Origin: Pseudogymnoascus verrucosus
Taxonomy: Eukaryota
DNA: 64,000 bases
Direction: 5' to 3' (one strand)
Assembly (NCBI GenBank): GCA_001662655.1
Contig: KV460287.1
The notes beneath the pieces were generated by a model. It was not told where the DNA came from. It saw only the letters and a list, made by a program, of their open reading frames with translations, and did no database searches. Numbering within the stretch: position 1 is the stretch's first letter; every line of letters begins with the position of its first letter. The position numbers and the translations under genes are program-made. Shown here one piece after another: positions 60,276 through 64,000 of this stretch.

Positions 60276-60860
60276 ATGGCAACGTCGCAATCCAACCATC
60301 AAGATGAGGCACAGGCGCCTCCTTACCCCTCCTACGAGGAGATTCGGAGTGATATTTCACTTGTTCAGCCCACTGTCGATGGCACCCCTGTATCGAAGAT
60401 GCCACTTTACGAGCCCAAGGTTTCGTCAATCACCGTATCTGTCTGGGACCTTGACCTTTGGGAGAATGATTGGCTCGACGAACATGACCAACACTCCTCG
60501 CCAAGTGGAGGTGAGGGTGAGCCAAACGCTCGGTATGGGCGACTACCCGATCTCGGACTAGAAGGTGGAGAAAGAGAAGAGGAGGAGGAAGAGGATGAAG
60601 ACTATGATCCAAATATACAGCTGTTGATATGCTGTGGCGAAATACGACCACATGGGAAAGATGTGAAATTGGTGGTAAAGCCTGCTACTGGAGGAGAGGG
60701 GTTTGTCACTGTTCACGACTATGTATCAGCATTGCACCCTTGGCTCATGAACATGAAGGAAGACATAGTGAATGCTAAAGGTGTACTAGACCAGCCTGTG
60801 CCACCGGTGACGGAACTACTTGTTGATTGTACTCCACTGGAGCATGTAGTTATTAACTAG
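60276..60860 (+). CDS. Hypothetical acidic fungal protein
   Basis: ATG in AAATGG context; ordered blocks LLICCGEIRP and FVTVHDYVSALHPWL; no function recognised. Confidence 0.6.
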   Translation: MATSQSNHQDEAQAPPYPSYEEIRSDISLVQPTVDGTPVSKMPLYEPKVSSITVSVWDLDLWENDWLDEHDQHSSPSGGEGEPNARYGRLPDLGLEGGEREEEEEEDEDYDPNIQLLICCGEIRPHGKDVKLVVKPATGGEGFVTVHDYVSALHPWLMNMKEDIVNAKGVLDQPVPPVTELLVDCTPLEHVVIN

Positions 60861-61273
60861 CGCAACACAATTTTCTTCCCCTGGCTGAAGAATATACTAG
60901 ATATAGTTTTCGATTTGTCAAATGCTGGTATATGTAGCCTTACAAACCAAAACGTTTGTAGAACCTTGCGGCTATGTCTCGATGTTCAAGCTAGTTTTTT
61001 AATACTCGCATTTCTTTAACATCCGAAATCTCTTCATCGATTACAGTAGAGGCCAATCCCAAAACATACGTCTTGTAAAAGAAATACCCAATGAGTTATC
61101 TGAAGAGTAGACTGTGGAGGTTTGTCTCATCCGTCTCATATAAAACGAAGTATCTACAATCATAGTACTCTACTCAAGAATGTCTTCGTTTGCAAGTTAA
61201 AAATTAGAAAGCCAACACCTCAAATGTCATAACAAGTTAATTTTTCAACTCGAAATGCAGTGACATATATAAC

Positions 61274-62239
61274 CTATGTATTGCAGCTTAACTTCCCACA
61301 TGTGAAACATGCGGCATCATAGAAATCATATAGGGGATTTCCAATGGCATGGAAACCGTCTGATCCATAGTGCAAGTTGCAAGATTGGCCTTGGATGAAA
61401 TAGATATTTGTACAGCACGATGTTGCCAAGCACTGTGCGCTACAGGCAGCAAGACTTCCAACATAGCTGCTGCCAGCACTATACCCAATAATAGTTCCGG
61501 CGCCTGTGGCGGCAAATGAGGTCCCCTTCGATCCACAAATCGCACCCGAAGGCACTGGGCTGGCCAATCCCGAAACGACCTGACAAGCAGTCGACGTAGG
61601 AGAAACAGTTTGCGAGGCAGTCGCAGACCCACAGTACGAGCTCCCGAAGGCTATAACAGTGCTCGCGACATCAGTACCGCAAGCACCATTAGAGCAATCA
61701 CGAAGACCATAGCCAAAGTTGACATTGCTGCAAACGCACTTTGGATCAGGACTGGTACATCCTAAAGCCGAGTATTGAGCAAGCATATTATTGAAGCAGA
61801 GTTGGCCACAGGAAGGTAGAGCAGCCACTCCCGTAGTTGTTACTGTTCCCGTGTGGGTAGCAGAAGCAGCGGAGCAGTATGCGCTCCCAAAGGTTATAAC
61901 AGTACTCGCGACATCAGTGCCGCAAGCACCATTAGAACAATCACGAAGGCCATAGCCGAAATTGACATTGTTGAAAATGCAGTATGGATCAGGGCTTGTA
62001 CATCCAAAGTCTGTGTATTGAGCAAGCATATTGTTGAAACAGAGTTGGCCACAAGAAGGTAGAGCAGCCACGCCTGTGATTGTAGAGCTACTGGTTGTCG
62101 ATGATGCGGAGGTGGACGTTGGTCGGCTTGTTGTGGTTGTTGGCGGTGTAGTCGATGAACCGCTAGATGCTGTTACTGAGGACAATGAGGTCGATGAGGA
62201 AATCTGAGTCGAAGAAGGAGGCGTGGCTATAGAGCTACA
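61274..62239 (-). pseudogene. 5'-truncated multi-CFEM extracellular protein with a Cys-rich C-terminal domain
   Basis: Two near-identical CFEM-like domains (LPSCGQLCFNNM...GCTSPDP.C..NVNFGYGLRDCSNGAC) and S/T linkers; the frame stays open to about 62239 with no ATG or signal peptide and abuts the retroelement. Confidence 0.75.
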
Positions 62240-63366
62240 ATCCCCCCATTGATTAGTTATAGTTATTATATACTACCCTTAAAGCCTTAGGGCTATTATA
62301 GTTTAATTATAACTATAAGCCTTAAGTATATAGTATAAGGAAGCCTTAGGTAAATAGAGAGTTAGCTAAGATAGAGGCGTTTTAGTATTTAAAGGAATAG
62401 AAACTAAGGGTTCACCCTTTATCTTTTTTATATCTTTTATAGTAGACCTATAGGATTATACTAACTTCTATCTAACTTATACTCCTATATACTACTTCTT
62501 ATAATATAGTACCCTATGTCCTTATATATAGTTAGTAGTAGAAAATAGCATAGAGAGAGGCTATGAACTTATTAAGTTTCTAGGTAGAATTACCCTTATA
62601 TACCTTAGGTTCCTTAACCCTACCTATTAGCCTATAGGCTAGCATTACCTCTTTAGATATAGTAGAGGTAGTCTTATAGTTATCCTCTATTTAGGGTCTT
62701 ACCTATTCTTCTTTAATCTCTTAGTATTGCCTTTTCTAACAACTTTCTTCTTAGATCTAGGCTTACTTCTCTATAAAAGCCCTTACTTCCTTAGGGTAGG
62801 AGCTATAGTCTTTACTATATAACTATTAGAATAGCTATATAGCTTCTTCTATAGTATTAATCTAGGCCCTCTCTTCGTCTATCTTTTTCTAAAGGTTAGC
62901 TAGCTTTAAGGCTATATCCTAGGGCTTACCTGTTATAGAGTGGTTAACTTCTATAGTAGTAGGCCTTAAGTCTAGCTTAACAGCCTCTATACTTAGCGTT
63001 ACTCCTCCTAAGGTCGCCTAGGTGATCCTTCTTTCCTAGCTAGCCATTCTGAACTAGTAGGCTAGATATAGGTTGAGCTAATAGAATTGTAAAGCGTAGC
63101 CCCTTAGGTCTTACGGGAGTCTAGAGAATCAGGTTAGAAGGCAGGAAGGTATGGTATTCTGTAAGCACTGTAGGTCTACGTACGTATATCGACTATCGGC
63201 TAAAGGCCTCCTTCTAAGGCCTCCAGCTCCTTATATCCTACGTTCCCTCATACCCTAGCTTACCGAGCCCTAGTGGCTCTACTGCCGAGCAGCCCCTGAG
63301 TTTAGGGTGGCCTCACGTAATAGGCCGCCTTACACAGGGTGAGTGGGTGAGTGAGGCGAAGCAACA
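62240..63366 (-). mobile_element. RIP-degraded LTR retrotransposon fragment (5' LTR plus truncated gag-like region)
   Basis: Candidate LTR 63366-63088 with TG...CA ends and internal TATAA; the interior is AT-rich with a large excess of TA/TAG; decayed frame GRVKEPKVYKGNST*KLNKFIASL resembles a gypsy-type gag. Confidence 0.75.
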
Positions 63367-64000
63367 TTTCGTGTCAGTTTGGCGTCATTTTCGTATCAAC
63401 TCTGAAGTTTGACCGTCTTAGCTTACATACCATATTAAGTTTGAAGGTAATTTCCCATTTGTGAGTCATGACTCTGTTGATGCCCGAAAGTGTGAGGTGC
63501 AACATCAAAACCACAAGAGGCTAAGATGATGGCAGAATGTACGGAGCGGTGACTACTTGAAGCTCACGAGATTTTTTTAGAGATTTGCAGAAGGAACCAA
63601 ATCTCCAAACCAACGACCTTAAAACCACTCACGGACATGCCAACTCCTTTTACTCACTAATATTGATATCATTATGGCCTTTGTCCTCCATCGGTGAATC
63701 TTTACTCAATCTATCAGAAACCTTACGTTCCACCGCTTGCATCACAGCGCAACTAGGAGATTCATCACCATTAGCTCCCATGGAACGTCAGTCGCCCGTC
63801 CAGTTGATGTCTGGCTGGGAGACTAAGGGAATGCATATGTCATTCTCGATCCTGAGATTAGCCAGGCTTTCCAAACACAGTACTATGCTGCAGGACGGCT
63901 GCTCGCTTCACAAGACCAGGAGTTATTCCGCTCACTTTCAACCACGAAACACGGCACTTGGAGCTAAATATTATTATCTATAATCGTCCTTTTATCCCCG

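Noticed and set aside
63585..63983. 132-aa ORF at the window end
   Set aside because: Non-ATG start, no recognisable features, and not the missing 5' part of the CFEM gene.
1..64000. tRNA/rRNA genes
   Set aside because: None recognised by eye; tRNAscan-SE and Infernal would be needed to exclude them.

Overview
Filamentous-ascomycete (Pezizomycotina) nuclear DNA, shown by short GT-AG introns with CTAAC branch points and a RIP-like mutated retroelement; a Leotiomycete such as Pseudogymnoascus is only my impression. Most of the window is ordinary housekeeping genes: pyroglutamyl peptidase, an O-fucosyltransferase-like protein, RMT2, hexokinase, OST1, POL5, a Cdc25 phosphatase, an Ssr4-like protein, an FAD oxidoreductase, an RBM42-like protein, GND1, and an SDR plus a bZIP/DUF3425-like gene. 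The outstanding feature is a ~13.5 kb block (12.4-25.8 kb) of about 18 small, intronless, head-to-tail minus-strand genes or relics. They share one architecture (S/P/T-rich N-terminus, coiled coil with a QIxLR-x-x-E-x-x-L-x-KAE-like signature, C-terminal transmembrane helix). Their proteins are highly diverged, yet most are separated by a conserved ~60-70 bp non-coding element, and several copies are frameshifted or carry stops (birth-and-death evolution). I cannot assign this family to anything known. Also found: a three-exon 56-aa Cys-rich microprotein gene missed by the ORF track, a hAT-like transposon end, two non-coding repeat systems, and a CFEM gene cut at its 5' end by a RIP-degraded LTR retrotransposon. 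All gene models and alignments were made by eye; no searches were run.
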